This document shows positions 50,126 through 63,565 of a stretch of 64,000 nt of DNA, piece by piece. The translations under genes were made by a program, and so were the position numbers. This stretch comes from Octopus vulgaris. Taxonomy: Eukaryota. The notes below the pieces were generated by a model, which did not search any database, was not told the DNA's origin, and was given only the letters and a program-made list of their open reading frames with translations. The stretch is from the NCBI GenBank assembly GCA_951406725.2, contig OX597837.1, forward strand, positions 14,756,001 through 14,820,000, given 5' to 3'. Each line of letters opens with the position of its first letter. Within the stretch, counting starts at the first letter, position 1.

Positions 50126-53100
50126 CTCCTTCTCATCACTTATAGCTTTATGTGATGTCCCCTCAAGAGACAATAGTCCCAAAAAGGATTTTATACATAT
50201 ATGTATATATATATTCGTTTATCATTTTACTTGTTTCAGCCATTAGACTATGGCCATGCTGGAGCACTACAGACGATCTTACCAATCAGCCTAGCAGTGG
50301 AGGTTCTATAGGATGTTAGATAACAGCCTGATTATATCACCCAGCCCTTTTCAGAGTCGGCAGTTATGGAAGATAATACGGTGAGACAGCTGTGTGTGTG
50401 TATGTATGCATACATGAAGGACTTCCTCACAGTTTCCACCTTCCAAATTTACTCACAAGGCATTGATTAGCTTGGGGCCATGGTTGAAGACACTTGCCAA
50501 AGGTGTCACACAGCGGGGAATGAACCTGAAAATTTTTGCTTCTGCTTTTTGCAGGATCACTTCTCGGGTACTGGGAAGTGATCCCGGTACTGGGCTGGGT
50601 TAGTACAATTAATTTGTGAAAACTGTATGTTCAAGCTATGTACACACACACACACACACATTCGTATTCAAGTCTTCACCACCTGAAGGACAGCAGGTGA
50701 GGAGGAACTCTGAGCAAAATCGGAGTTTCCAAATGCACTCTACTATTAGTATTAAGTGTTTGTTTAACCCAAACACACATATGTACAGTGATACATATCT
50801 ATGTAACATATATGTGCCTTGAAATTCGAAATGTGGTATTACCCATTGTTAAAATATTATGTGTGTTTATGGTGTCAGGTTCCACTTCTTGACTTTACTA
50901 TACAAATCTGTATATTATGCGAGTTTACAAATTAGATATGAGTGTATATAAGATACTACAAAACAATGACCGTCACTATCTCCTGCTTTCCAACATATTA
51001 ACCTTTTTATGCCTTTTTATTACAAAATAAAATCTTAACATTTCAAACACTGTTTCTCTTATAAAAAGAAAAACGACAAATTTGAAAGTTTTGACGAACT
51101 CTGAGGAGTTTTTATAAGTGAATGATATTATGTTGATTCTGTAAGGCCTTGAGTTGGCAGAACCAGTTGCATGCCAGGCTATCTTGATGTTCTGAGTTCA
51201 AATTCCACCAAGGTTGACTTTGTTTTTCATCCTTTTGGGGGTCAAGTACTGGAGTCAAACATTATTATTTTGTCATTAATAAACATTATTATTTTGTCAA
51301 TAATGAATAATATTATTATGTCAAGGCAGCTAGTTAGCAGAATCGTTAGCATCCCAGGCAAAATGTTTAGCAGTATTTCGTCAGCCACTACATTCTGAGT
51401 TCAAATTGCACCGAGGTCAACTTTACCTCGGGGTTGAATAATTAGGTGCCAGTGAAACACTGGGATTGATGTAATCAACAAGTTCCCCCACCCCCCAGCT
51501 ATACTTCAGGCCTTGTGCCTATGGTAGAAAAGGGTTACTATTATGTCACTTCTCTAAGGCAGTGAGTTGGTGGAACTGGTAACATGCTGGGCAAAATGCT
51601 TAGCGGCATTTCGTCTAGCTTAATGTTCTGAGTTCAAATTCCACCATGGTCGGCTCTGCCTTTCACCCTTTCAGAGTCAATAAAATAAGAACCAGTCAAG
51701 TTCCAGGGTTAATGTAATCCACAAGCCCCCTTCCCTCGAAATTTAAGACTTTGTGCTTGTAACAGAAAGGACCTATTTTGTCGGCTCCCTATTCTTACCG
51801 TATGCCCTCATTTACATGCAGACATGGGTTGGACAGATCTGACTGCTTCTCAGCACTTTGTGTGGTCATTCATATTCTTACAAACTTTACAGCAGAGAAA
51901 AACCATCAGTTTTTGTTGTAGCATCATTCTCAGGTCCACTTTTCCATGCTTGCATGAGTTGGACGGAATTTATTGCAGCAGAGATTCTACACCTGGATGC
52001 CTTTCCTGTCATCAACTCTCACCTTTTTTTCCAACCAATGTAATATTTTTCTGTGGCCAAACATGTTTTGTGCAGAATATCAGAAATGAACGACACTGCT
52101 TGTATGACAGTGACACTCATTTACAGCTATCATATGATGTCAAAATAAAGAGACACAAGCATACACATGCTCAAGCACACAGACATATTCACATATAAAA
52201 CCATAAAAACACATATCAGGTACCAGCTAAATACTGGGGTTGATTTAATAGATGAATCCCCTGCTTCAGAAACTGCTTGTCTTGTGTTATCAAGAATAAT
52301 TAAAGTGTCTGATGATTGTTGCAGATTATGAACATTTCCAAATCTTTGTGTGAAATTTAATTTTCCATATCAAACATACTCACAGCCCAATTGAATTGGC
52401 TCAAGAGGAACAAAGTTTTCTTGCATGTTGCATGGGTTAATAATTTAAATAAACATCTTGCTCGTTATCTCACTTATCAGAGACAGAACACAATGAGACG
52501 TTTGATAAGTTATTGATGCCGCCTGGTGAAATATTAATGTCAAATGTCTCTAACATTTCTTGGCCAAATCTTAAAGAAAGCACTGTTGATATTTCTGTAT
52601 CTGCTTCTGTTATTATTCCTTACCAGTGGTACATAAAAAGCACCCATGCTGGTGCCACATAGAAGACACTTGGGTCAATGTCACATAAAAAGTACTTGTG
52701 CTGGTGTTACGTAAGAAGCACCGGGTACACTCTGCAGAGTGGTTGGCATTAGGAAGGGCATCCAGCCATAGAAACAATGCCAAAACGGACAGTTGGAACC
52801 GGAGCAGCTCTCCAGGTTTGCCAGCTCCTGTCAAACTGTCCAATCCATGCCAGCATGGGAAACGCATGTTAATGATGATGATTTCTGTTTAAATACACTG
52901 CCTCTGTTTTAAATGATTTCATAAAATAACTTTGCTGTTATCACCCTGGTGCATGGAACACAAAGTAACGAAGTTATCACGGAACGGTTTAATATGCATC
53001 ATTTTAACCCTTAAACAGCAGACCTCCTCAATTAACATTGCATTAGAGAACAGGGAACATTATCAGTTGACATGTGCCGGTGGCATGTGTAAAAGATTCG

Positions 53101-56100
53101 AGCGAGGTCATTGCCAGTACCGCCTGACTGGCCCCCGTGCCGGTGGCACGTAAAAGCACCCACTACACTCTCAGAGTGGTTGGCATTAGGGAGGGCATCC
53201 AGCTGTAGAAACTCTGCCAGATCAAGATTGGAGCCTGGTGCAGCCATCTGGTTCGCCAGTCCTCAGTCAAATTGTCCAACCCATGCTAGAATGGAAAGCG
53301 GATGTTAAACGATGATGATGATGATGATGTCAACAATTTTACATGGCTACCACAATCTTCAAGTGAATCTTTTACAACACTTTTTGTTGGTAAAATTGTA
53401 AATTTTATTGTGCAAGAGACTAACAATTGTTGTAGTTTTTGTACTAATTCTAAGGAGAAAACCGAGTATAAAATATTACCCGGAAGAATGGTTTGTGTTT
53501 TTGCCCATTCGGCACACCCATTCATGCACCACTTTTCCTTTGCAATTTAAAGGTTGTAACAGGAAGTTTGTAGCATAGCAAACGGAGGTGGTCTCAGGCG
53601 TGTTGGAGCCAATTTAATCACTTATGATGATTCTATTAATATACACACTTTCTATGAAATAATCTTATCTTTTACTTCTTTCATTCATTGGATTGTGGCC
53701 ATGCTGGGGCACTGCCTCAAAAACTTTCAGTACAACAATTCAACTCCAGTACGTTTTTTTTTATAAACCTGGCACTTAATTTATCAGTTTCTTTTGCTGA
53801 ACTGCTAAGTTATGGTGGTGTAAACACACCAACACCAGTTGTCAAGTGGGATGGGGTGGGGAGCAGGCACACTTACATAACAGGTTTCTTTCTATTTTTG
53901 TCTACCAAGTCCCCTCACAAGTCTTTGGTCAACTGGAGACTATAGTGGAAGACCCTTGACCAAGGTGACTGATTTAGTAAAATAACTTTCGTCATTATTT
54001 AGCTGGTGTTTGGAACATAAAGTGACACAAAACTATAATGGCAGCTTCTAATTTAAATCGCTTTAAAACAGGAAGTTTGTGTCCTAAAACCAGGTATGTC
54101 TCGGGTGGATTGGTAGGGTTAATCCTTTTCTTACAATATTTTTATTGAAATAAGGCGGCGAGCTGGCAGAAATGTTAGCATGCTGGGTGAAATGCTTACC
54201 GGTATTTCATCTGTCTTTACGTTCTGAGTTCAAATTCCACCAAGGTCAACTTTGCCTTTCATCTTTTCGGGATCAATAAATTAAGCACCACTTACATATT
54301 GGAGTGATCTAATCGACTGGCCCCCTCCCCCAAAATTTCAGGCCTTGTGCCTAGAGTAGAAAAAAATATTTTTATTGAAATGCACTGCATTACTAAACTG
54401 ATGTTTGGGACATAAATTAATATAAAATTAGACAACACCCCCCCCCCCTCCTAATTTCAGCCACACCATATTCAGAGGAAAATAGTTTCTAATGCATTAA
54501 AGCTTCTTGCATGTAAGATTCCCAGGTGACTTTCTTTTTTTCTTTGAGACCTTTTTTGTGGGGGGGGAAGTTTGTCTTATATTGTCATCGCAAACCCTTT
54601 ATCATTCTGTTTCCTCTGCAAAATGTGAAGCTTATTCACATTATTTTGGATCAACCATGCATAATATCATAGCCTTGAGACTTAAATGATGTTATTGATG
54701 GTCTTTAAAATGACATTGTAAGGTAGGTGTGAGAGGCCAGATCTGACCAGTTTAAGGCAAAATATTTGGGGCTGAACATGGCCAGTTTAAATGCTAAAGG
54801 GTTGAAACAGGAAGCTTGTGTCAGAGAGCCAGGCTTGGTCTCAGGAAAGGTGGGTATTGAAAAAGAATTATTCCACAATAGTGTGAGTGGTGAGGCAAGG
54901 GTCACCTAATTCTTTCCCAATAAGTATTTTATGAACAATATAAACAGCAGCAGCAGCAGCAACTCGACAATAGAAATAGTAAATAAAGAACAGCTTGAGA
55001 AGTCTTAGTGTAACAATGATTTGTATAAGGAAGGGAGCCCGGGCCAAGCGAAGGGTCAGTAGGTCATAGCAATGGGAGCTTCTGAAGATCTGTTTTCCCA
55101 TTGGCTTTGTACAGTTCGTTACTTAATACTTTGACAATTAAATCTTTCATTTGTTGACATTAATACTTCTGAATTATTTCTGGGAATCTTTTCTTTTTCC
55201 TTTTTATTTTTATTTTTTTACAAACGAACAATAGCAATGGTGGTGGTGTTGTCTGTTGCTTCAAAAGCCAGTTTGTTTATTTGGTGGTGCCCTGAAGGCA
55301 GAAATAAATTAATCCCGTAAATAAAGGAACTACTGGCTACATGAGCCGAGCTAAGAACACTCACGGTTAATAAAGGACTCCACTTAAATATCATTTCCTC
55401 CGCTTTTGTTCCCAAGTCAACCATGTCTCACTTATTTCCCTCGTTGTTTCGTTTCTTACTCATCATCTGTTGCACACACAAACAGCTGCCCTCGTTAATC
55501 TATTTGTCTTCTTGTTGTTCGTTTGTTTATTTAACCTTAAATATACTCTGGGCCACTACATCAAAGGCTTTTTGAATTAGCAAAATCATTCGAGCATCTA
55601 AACAAAAATGCTTCACAATATTTGCTCTGACTCTCTCTCTTCTAGGGGTTCAAATCCTGGTGAGGCCTTCTTTGCTTTTCATGCTTTCAGGGTTGAGGTA
55701 AAAAAAAGAAAGAAAAAAGTAACAAGGTACCATAGGCACAGGAGTGGCTGTGTAGTAAGTAGCTTGCTTACCAACCACATGGTTCCGGGTTCAGTCCCAG
55801 TGTGTGGCACCTTGGGCAAGTGTCTTCTACTATAGCCTCAGGCTGACCAAAGCCTTGTGAGTGGATTTGGTAAATGGAAACTGAAAGAAGCCCATCATAT
55901 GTGTGTGTGTGTGTATGTTTGTGTGTCTGTGTTTGTTCCCCCAACATCGCTTGACAACTGATACATAAGACACTGATAGAATAAGTACTAGGCTTACAAG
56001 GAATAAGTCCTGGGGTCGATTTGCTCGACTAAAGGCGGTGCTCCAGCATGAAATTGGTGGGGAGGTGGTCTAGTCAATTACATCAACCCCAAAAGGATGG

Positions 56101-57022
56101 AAGGGAAAGTCAACAAAAATTTGAACTTAGAACACATGTCCAGCATAATAACAATTTTAAAATAAAAAGGGTTAATTAATATAACTAAGTCGTTATCAAT
56201 GTGGTGGTTAGAACATTAATTAACATGAAATTTTAATGAGAAGTTTTAATGTAGATCACTTAAAACAAGCAGTTTATATCCTAGAACCAAGGGCAGTTCT
56301 GGGCAAGTTGGTATCAGAATGGTTAATTATGTCCTCACGAGCTGATGTGTGTTGACTCGCATAGATGGTCAGCATGCTAGAAATAAGTCAAATTTCCCTC
56401 AAATCAGAAATTCCCTCGCCAATCTTTTTTCACTAAGGAAGGATACATCTGATAATGCTGTCCTATATACCTATTTCTTTACTGCCCACAAAGGGCTAAA
56501 CATAGAGGGGACTAACAAGGACAGACAAACGGATTAAGTCGACTATATCAACCCCAGTGCATAATTGGTACTTAATTTATCGACCCCGAAAGGATGAAAG
56601 GCAAAGTCGACCTCGGCGGAATTTGAACTCAGAACATAGCGGCAGATGAAATACTGCTAAGCATTGCGCCCAGCATGCCAACGTTTCTGCCAGCTTGCCG
56701 CCTGTCCTATATACCTTTAATAAAAAAGAAAAATGGGAAGGTCAGGACTGGAATACTTTTGATGATAGGTTTGTGCTGTGCAATAAAAATTAACCTGGAG
56801 CTCATCAACAATGACAGCTTTCACCTGCTCTATTTCCTATTATCCTCCTTATCTCATCTCATTTTAATATTCCACCCTCAGCCTCCACCACCGTCACCAC
56901 TATACGTTGCCTGAACTGATAAGACCCTTACTTCTCATTCAGCTTGAAACAGTTTGATTGATTGGTTTATAATTAAGCAGCAGCTCGTTTGTATATTTTT
57001 GATGTTAATTTTGTCGTTTCAG

Positions 57023-57059
57023 TGACAAGATTAACAGTGGATTGATTTACACAGACAAG
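57023..57059 (+). other. Putative 37-nt 5'UTR micro-exon of RASSF8 (copy 1)
   Basis: ttttgtcgtttcag|TGACAAG...ACAAG|gtgagt: consensus acceptor and donor, no ATG. Confidence 0.5.
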
Positions 57060-57247
57060 GTGAGTGTTTGTTTAGCAATTGGATGGTGGGGCTCTCTCTC
57101 TCTCTTTCTTTCTTTTACATCGATGGCTTAAATCAATGATAGGGTCTATACCGAAGACCCCTTATTTTTAGGGCCTCCAAGAAATGCTGTTTTGGTGAGC
57201 AGTTGCAACAGGGGGTTGTTCTGTGTATTTCTATATTTTCGTTTTAG

Positions 57248-57280
57248 TGACAAGATTAACGACAGATTTAAACCGAGCAG
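57248..57280 (+). other. Putative 33-nt 5'UTR micro-exon of RASSF8 (copy 2, paralogous to copy 1)
   Basis: attttcgttttag|TGACAAGATTAAC...GCAG|gtattt. First 13 nt identical to copy 1; weaker donor. Confidence 0.4.
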
Positions 57281-57595
57281 GTATTTGTCTAGCAATTAGA
57301 GGGTAGGAGATGGCTTAATCAGTGATAGAGCAACCCTCCAGGATCCCTTTTTATAGAGCTTCCAGTGTTGCAGTAGCAAGCAGCTGCAACAGGGGTCGTT
57401 TTATATGTGTTTCTGTATTTTCATTGTATTTATAAATTTTGTTTTTATTTCATTTAACCTTTGTTATTTTTGGTTTTGCTTTTTACAAATTACTGATTTT
57501 TACATTTTTGTTTTTGTTTTTCGGTCTTCTGCAGGTGAAATATGGTGAAAGTTTCACAGATTTCTGATTCTGCGTTTTGGTGACACAAGCGAGAA

Positions 57596-59030
57596 ATGGA
57601 ACTGAAAGTAATTGTCGACGGCTTCATCCGGGTGGTATGTGGGGTGAGCGAGGAAACGACCTGCCAGGACATCGTCATTGCGCTTGCACGTGCCATCGGC
57701 CGGGCAGGTCGCTTCTCTCTGTTGGAGAAATGGCGCAACCAGGAACGTTCGTTACCACCTTGGGAGAAACCATTTCTAGTTCTGCAGAAATGGGGCCAGT
57801 ACGCTTCAGACGTGCAGTTTATCTTGCAGCAAACGGATACTGTACCTGCAACTACAAAACCTAAGGAATGTCTCGATAAATCTGGTGCTTCGTCCAATGA
57901 TGCCGTGAGGGCACAGAATCTGTCCCCAATATCATCTCAAGCTCAAGATTACAGTGTGAAGAGGTCCTTAACTTTCAGTGGAGCTATGTACAGTTCCCAA
58001 GAGAAACCGAAACCCTCTCGCTTACATACACGGCGCAGCCTTCCTCTCAGTACCACAAACGAGTCCTCCATACCATCTTCACAAAATTCTTCCCAATCAC
58101 ATCATCATCATCATCATCATCCTTATAATAACCAAGTCCCAAAGCAGCCACAATATCACGTTAATTCTTCATCACCATATCAGCAGAATCGACTGGAACC
58201 ATCACATTCAAATCAACCCTATACACGACAACAACAACAACACCACCACCACCACCAACAATCACAACAACAACAAAACTTATTTCAAAACCAACATCCA
58301 AATATACAGAAACCCATATCTTCCATTAAACCTCAACCCAAACCTCGAAATCTTCCACTAAAACCTATTAATGAGAAACAACCAGTTCGGACTATCGGTA
58401 CTGTGTCTCCAATACAGAGTTACAGCCATTTGTCTCTATCTACAAATCAGGACTTACCAAACAGAATATTGCACAATAATGTTCCAGGACCGAATTCCCA
58501 AAACAGAACTGGCAATGCTGGGGATTCGTCTATGAACAACAATTATTACAGCAGAAATACCAAACCTATTAATAATAATAATAGTAGTAATAATAATAAT
58601 AATAATAATAATAATGACAGTAATAATAATAGTAATTCTCACAGACATCTACAGACGTTTAAAAGTGTTCATAACGATGTTGACCAAGTCTTGTCTGAGA
58701 AATCGACTTTTAACGAGTTTAAGGATAATTCAGACATTGACGAGGATAAGAGCAAAGTGTTAAGTACCTTCCATTCTGGCCCCAACAAAACTATTTTGCA
58801 TGATAAACGGATTCTATCGGATATCGAAGAATATGATCTTGAGAAAAATTACCCCTTTTCAGCCGTGTCTCCAATGCCGAGCAAAACGGCCGAGTATTAC
58901 AGGATCCAGGGACAAAACTATGTTGACCAACTGACCAGAGATGAGGACCCTCAGATTTTGTACCAATTGATTGATCAACAGCATAATGAAATTGAATTAA
59001 AAAAGACCATAATTAAGGATTTAGAACAAG
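57596..59030 (+). CDS. RASSF8: N-terminal RASSF protein (RASSF8/7-like), first coding exon: RA domain, long Q/H/N-rich linker and start of the coiled coil; the exon starts at 57535
   Basis: MELKVIVDGFIRVVCGVSEETTCQDIVIALARAIGRAGRFSLLEKWR...KWGQYASDVQFIL is the RASSF7/8 RA signature, followed by a KRSLTFSG motif. Long polypyrimidine tract and ctgcag precede 57535; donor CAAG|GTAGGT follows 59030 (phase 1). Confidence 0.93.
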
Positions 59031-60816
59031 GTAGGTGCTTCTGTTTTATGTTTTTATTGTAATTAAATATTTGGTTTATTTTTCGGCATGGCTGTGTGGT
59101 TAAGCAGTTTGCCTCCCAACCCTGTGGTATTCAGTTCAGTCCTACTGTACAAGTGGGGGCAAGAGTCTTCTACTATAGCCTCAGGCCAACCAAAGCTTTG
59201 TGAGTGGATTTGGTAGGCAGAAACTAAAAGCCCCTGGTGTATATATATATAATTGTATATGTTTGTGTGTTTCTCCCCCCATCATCGCTTGACAACCAAT
59301 GCTGGTGTGTTTACGTCCCCATAACTTAGCGGTTCAGCAAAAGAATCCGATAGGATAAGTACTAGGCTTACAAAGAATAAGTCCTAGGGTCGATTTGTTT
59401 GACTAAAGGCAGTGCTCCAGCATGGCCGCAGTCAAATGACTGAAACAAATAAAAGAATACATATGTAACTACTTGGACTTTAGGTCTATGTCTGTTAGTA
59501 TGTCAGTCGAAGCACGTTGACCGTTTGGGCTGCCTGAGGTAATCCGCAGTTACGATATAATTTTCACTGGATCCGCATCAGGAAATCCACAGAGTTTGTT
59601 CCGTTTATAATTGATGACGGAAAGGGAAGATGGAATTGGTAAGAATCTTTATTCAGCAGGACAATCGTTTCAACTCCTCCTGCAGCCGTCACTTGGGGGG
59701 CTTGGGTGTGAAGCAGGTACTTTCAAGTGATGCAACCTGCACTGGATAATGCAACACAACTAGATGCACAATATCCTGCCCCTAAGGGACAGCTACAGGA
59801 GGGGTCGAAGCAATCATCATACTAAATCCATCTTCCATTTCCTTCATCAATTATGTGTGTGTGTGTGTGTGTGTGTGTCTACACCTTTGTTTTGGCATCA
59901 CATGATGATTGTAAACAAGCGTCACTGTCATACAAGCGGTGTTGTTTGCTTCCAGTCTTCCATGAGGGACATGTCTGGCCATGGGAAAGATTACCTAACT
60001 TGGAGCATCTGTGTATTTATTCTGCTTACTTAGAATAACAACCAAATCTCCCTCAGATTCCACCCTAAATGAGCACATTGGGGATTCCTAGATATATACA
60101 ATCCCTGAAAACATGATGGGATGGTCACAGTTGGAATGTTTTTGACTATAGATCTACTCTGCCAAGGCTGAATTCAGACACCAACAGCAATAGTACAGCA
60201 TGAGAGAGAGGAAGAGAGAGTGGAGTGAGAATGAATGGAAGACAAGCACACACCTGTAGAGAAACCTCATTAATAAGCCTGGCTCATTAGCGTAATTTCT
60301 CAGGCTCTTGTGTGGAGAGCTTGACAGAAATTTTAGATTATGGGAAAGAATGACTGACATTGCTGATTTAATCCGAGTGGCCTCCTGCAAAGCTTGATTT
60401 GCAGCTTAATTCCAAAATCGGTTTCCCATAAACGGGGTTTCGGAATCCTTAACTCGCGACAACTCATTCAGATTTCTGGAGTTTAGTAGGGGACCCTTGT
60501 TGTTGAAATGTCGATACACTGTGATTATATTCTAATGGTAATTCAGGTTTATGAATTGTTAATACTGAAGCAGGTGCCACACAAATTGCAAGCTTGCATG
60601 TTCTAGTACTCTGTGTGTGTGTGTGTGTGTGTGTTTGCTCGTGTCGATTAAGTGAAGCTGTGAGTTAACCCCAAAAAGTTCTCTCAGAGATACAGCGTCT
60701 GTGTGTGTGTTTCAGTGTGTGCGTGTGTTTTGGTGAGAGTATGTGTGTGATGGTGTGTATGTGTTGTAAGTGGGGTATTAGTAAGATTTGTGTTGTAAGG
60801 GAGTGTCGGTGAGAGA

Positions 60817-60848
<32 letters not shown>

Positions 60849-63064
60849 GGCGATGTGTGTGTAAGTCAGGAATGTGTGTATATGAATCTATTGGCCAACT
60901 TATTCGAATCGTAAAGTAACATAAGACTACCTGTGATTATGTTGGTCTGCATATAAAACCGTGTGTGTGTGTGTGTGTACATTTGTGCATGTGCACACAT
61001 GCTTATGTAATCATGTGTACACATGCATGCATGTTACAGAAATAAAACCAAATACTTGGGTCGTCCACCAACTATATTTCTGCATGGTTCTGACACATCC
61101 CACTTGTGGAGGTTCATACCTTAGCAGAGGAGGGGGTGTTGACGAAAACTCCAGGCTTAATTAATTCCTCGCCAACTTTCTTCTGCGAATGCCCTTTTAC
61201 AAAAGATACGAAAGGTTACGACACGTTATTGTTCTACCCTTTGAGATCAGCAGGGGCAGTCCACCTATCAGTAAACACCTGTAAACACCTGTGATCGTGA
61301 AATGTCAAGCATTCGATTCTGTTCATTTGACAAATTTGTTCGTTAGTCAAAACACCAAACACTGAAGCCCATTCTTTAATGACCTTTATCAATAAGTAAA
61401 TCTTGGAGCTATATCAGAGACATCTAGTGGTGATTACGAAATAATTAGTTTATCTTCTTTCACTCATTAGACTATGGCCATGCTGGGGCACCACTTTGAA
61501 GAATTTTAGTTGAATGAATCGGCCCCAGGACCTAATTTTTTTTTGCTTTTTAAACCTGATACTTATTCTGTCAGTCTCTTTTGTCAGACCCCTAAGTAAC
61601 AGGGATGTAAACACCCCAACACCAGTTGTCAAGCAGTGGCAGGAGGGGAAAAACACACACACACATATATGGTTAGAAGGGGAAAAGGGAATTAAAAAAT
61701 CCTGGCTGGTATCAATAAAGCACTCACTATTAAAAGAATTTGGTTATCAATGTTGACCAATCAGATGCCAAGAAATGTAAGTAGAAGAATACAGACCCCA
61801 GGTAAATCCAAATATCTGTGTGAAGATGGGCTTCTTTCAGTTTCTGCCTACCATATCCACTCACAGGGCTTTGCTCAAGGTGCCACTCAGAGGTATTGAA
61901 CCTAGAACCCTGTGGTTGGGAAGCAAGCTTCTTACCACACAGCCACACTTGCACCTACGTTTTATCTTTTACCTGTTTCAGCCATAGGACTATGGCCATG
62001 CTGAAGCACCACTTTCAAGGGGTTTAGCCGAACAAATCAACCCCTGTGCTTATTTTGGGACTTAATCTATCAATCCTTTTTTGCTGAACTGCTTAGTTAA
62101 AGGGAAGTAAATCAACCCTGGTTATCAAGCAGTGGCGGGGGGACACAAACACAATGGCATAGACACACACATACCTATTTCTTTACTGCCCACAGGGGAC
62201 AAACAAGGACAGACAAACAGACACACACATACCATCACCATCATCTTCATCATAACATTCACACATCCACTTTTCCATGCACACAGAGGCTGGGACATCC
62301 CTCCCTCTCCACTGCTCATCATTCAGCTATTTTCTGATCCGTTCTCTCATTCCTGGGCCATTCTTCTATCTCTCACCCTACCCCCCCTCTTCCCACTGGT
62401 ATTTCCTTCAATAGTACCCCAACCCTTGTTCGTCACTCACTGCATTCCCTTCCACTCTCATCCTTAGCCATTTCTTACTCTCCCCTCACACTCTCTCTAT
62501 CCTCTCTCTCCTTTCGCTCACCTTCTTGTACCTTGAGAATTTGTTGTGGCACCTCATTAGAATGACACTAAGGTGGCGAACTGGCAAAAACGTTAGCACG
62601 CCGGGAAATGCTTAGTGGTATTTCATCTGCCGTTACGTTCTGGGTTCAAATTCTGCCGAAGTCAACTTTGCTCTTCATCCTTTCAGGGTCGATAAATTAA
62701 GTACCAGTTACGCTCTGAGGTCGATGCAATCGACTTAATCCCTTGTTTGTCCCCTCTATGTTTAGCCCCTTGTGGGCAGTAAAGAAATAAGTATTTCGTC
62801 TGCCGCTACATTCTGAGTTCAAATTCTGCCGAGGTCGACTTTGTCTTTCATCCTTTTGGGGTCGATAAATTAAGTACCAGTTACGCTCTGAGGTCGATGC
62901 AATTGACTTAATCCCTTTGTCTGTCCTTGTTTGTCCTCTCTGTATTTAGCCCCTTGTGGGCACTGAAGAAATAAGAATGACACTAAGTTTTATTTTATAT
63001 TCATTTATTCCTAAAAAAAACGATTTACTAATATGGCATTTCTTTATTTCTCTTCATTTCACAG

Positions 63065-63565
63065 AAATCGTCTCAGCTGAAGAATTACTTGAAAACAGGA
63101 AAGAAATTGCAGCTTTTGAAAGTTTGTCCAACAGTTACTCCGAGGAATTGAGCGAGATTGAGAGTGAGGACTGGCAAGGTGTTGTGGACAAGGAATTCCG
63201 CAATGGGGAAGCGTTGAAGTCGGAATTATCCAATCACAGACAGGAACTTCATAATATGGAGGATCAGTTGCAAATGGTTAATGGCAAAATCGCTGACCTG
63301 AACAAGCAGCTGGAATCCGAGGTGAACAAGTGTCATGAGGAGATTAATACGATACAGAAGAAGATTGAAGAGGAGACGGCTGAAGATGGGAAACGGGAGA
63401 GAATGGTGAATGAGTTGAGTGACCAGGTGGACCAAGTTGAGAAGGAATTCAAAGAGAAAGAAGATAAGGAAACTGAACTGATGGAGAGAGTGAAGGACTT
63501 GAACTTGAAGGATCTGGAGAAGAGTTCGGTTGTCGGCACAACCAAAACAGCAGAGACTGGAACAG
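63065..63565 (+). CDS. RASSF8: RASSF8-like coding exon 2, coiled-coil region; the gene continues beyond the window
   Basis: Acceptor tttcacag; phase 1 joins in frame (G+AA = E, then IVSAEELL). E/K/L heptad-rich peptide with W...E and L..LNL motifs; donor CAG|GTGAGG. Confidence 0.87.

Noticed and set aside
61271-61291. GTAAACACCT tandem repeat (Fox/E-box-like)
   Set aside because: A 10-bp slippage duplication; too short to support a regulatory call.
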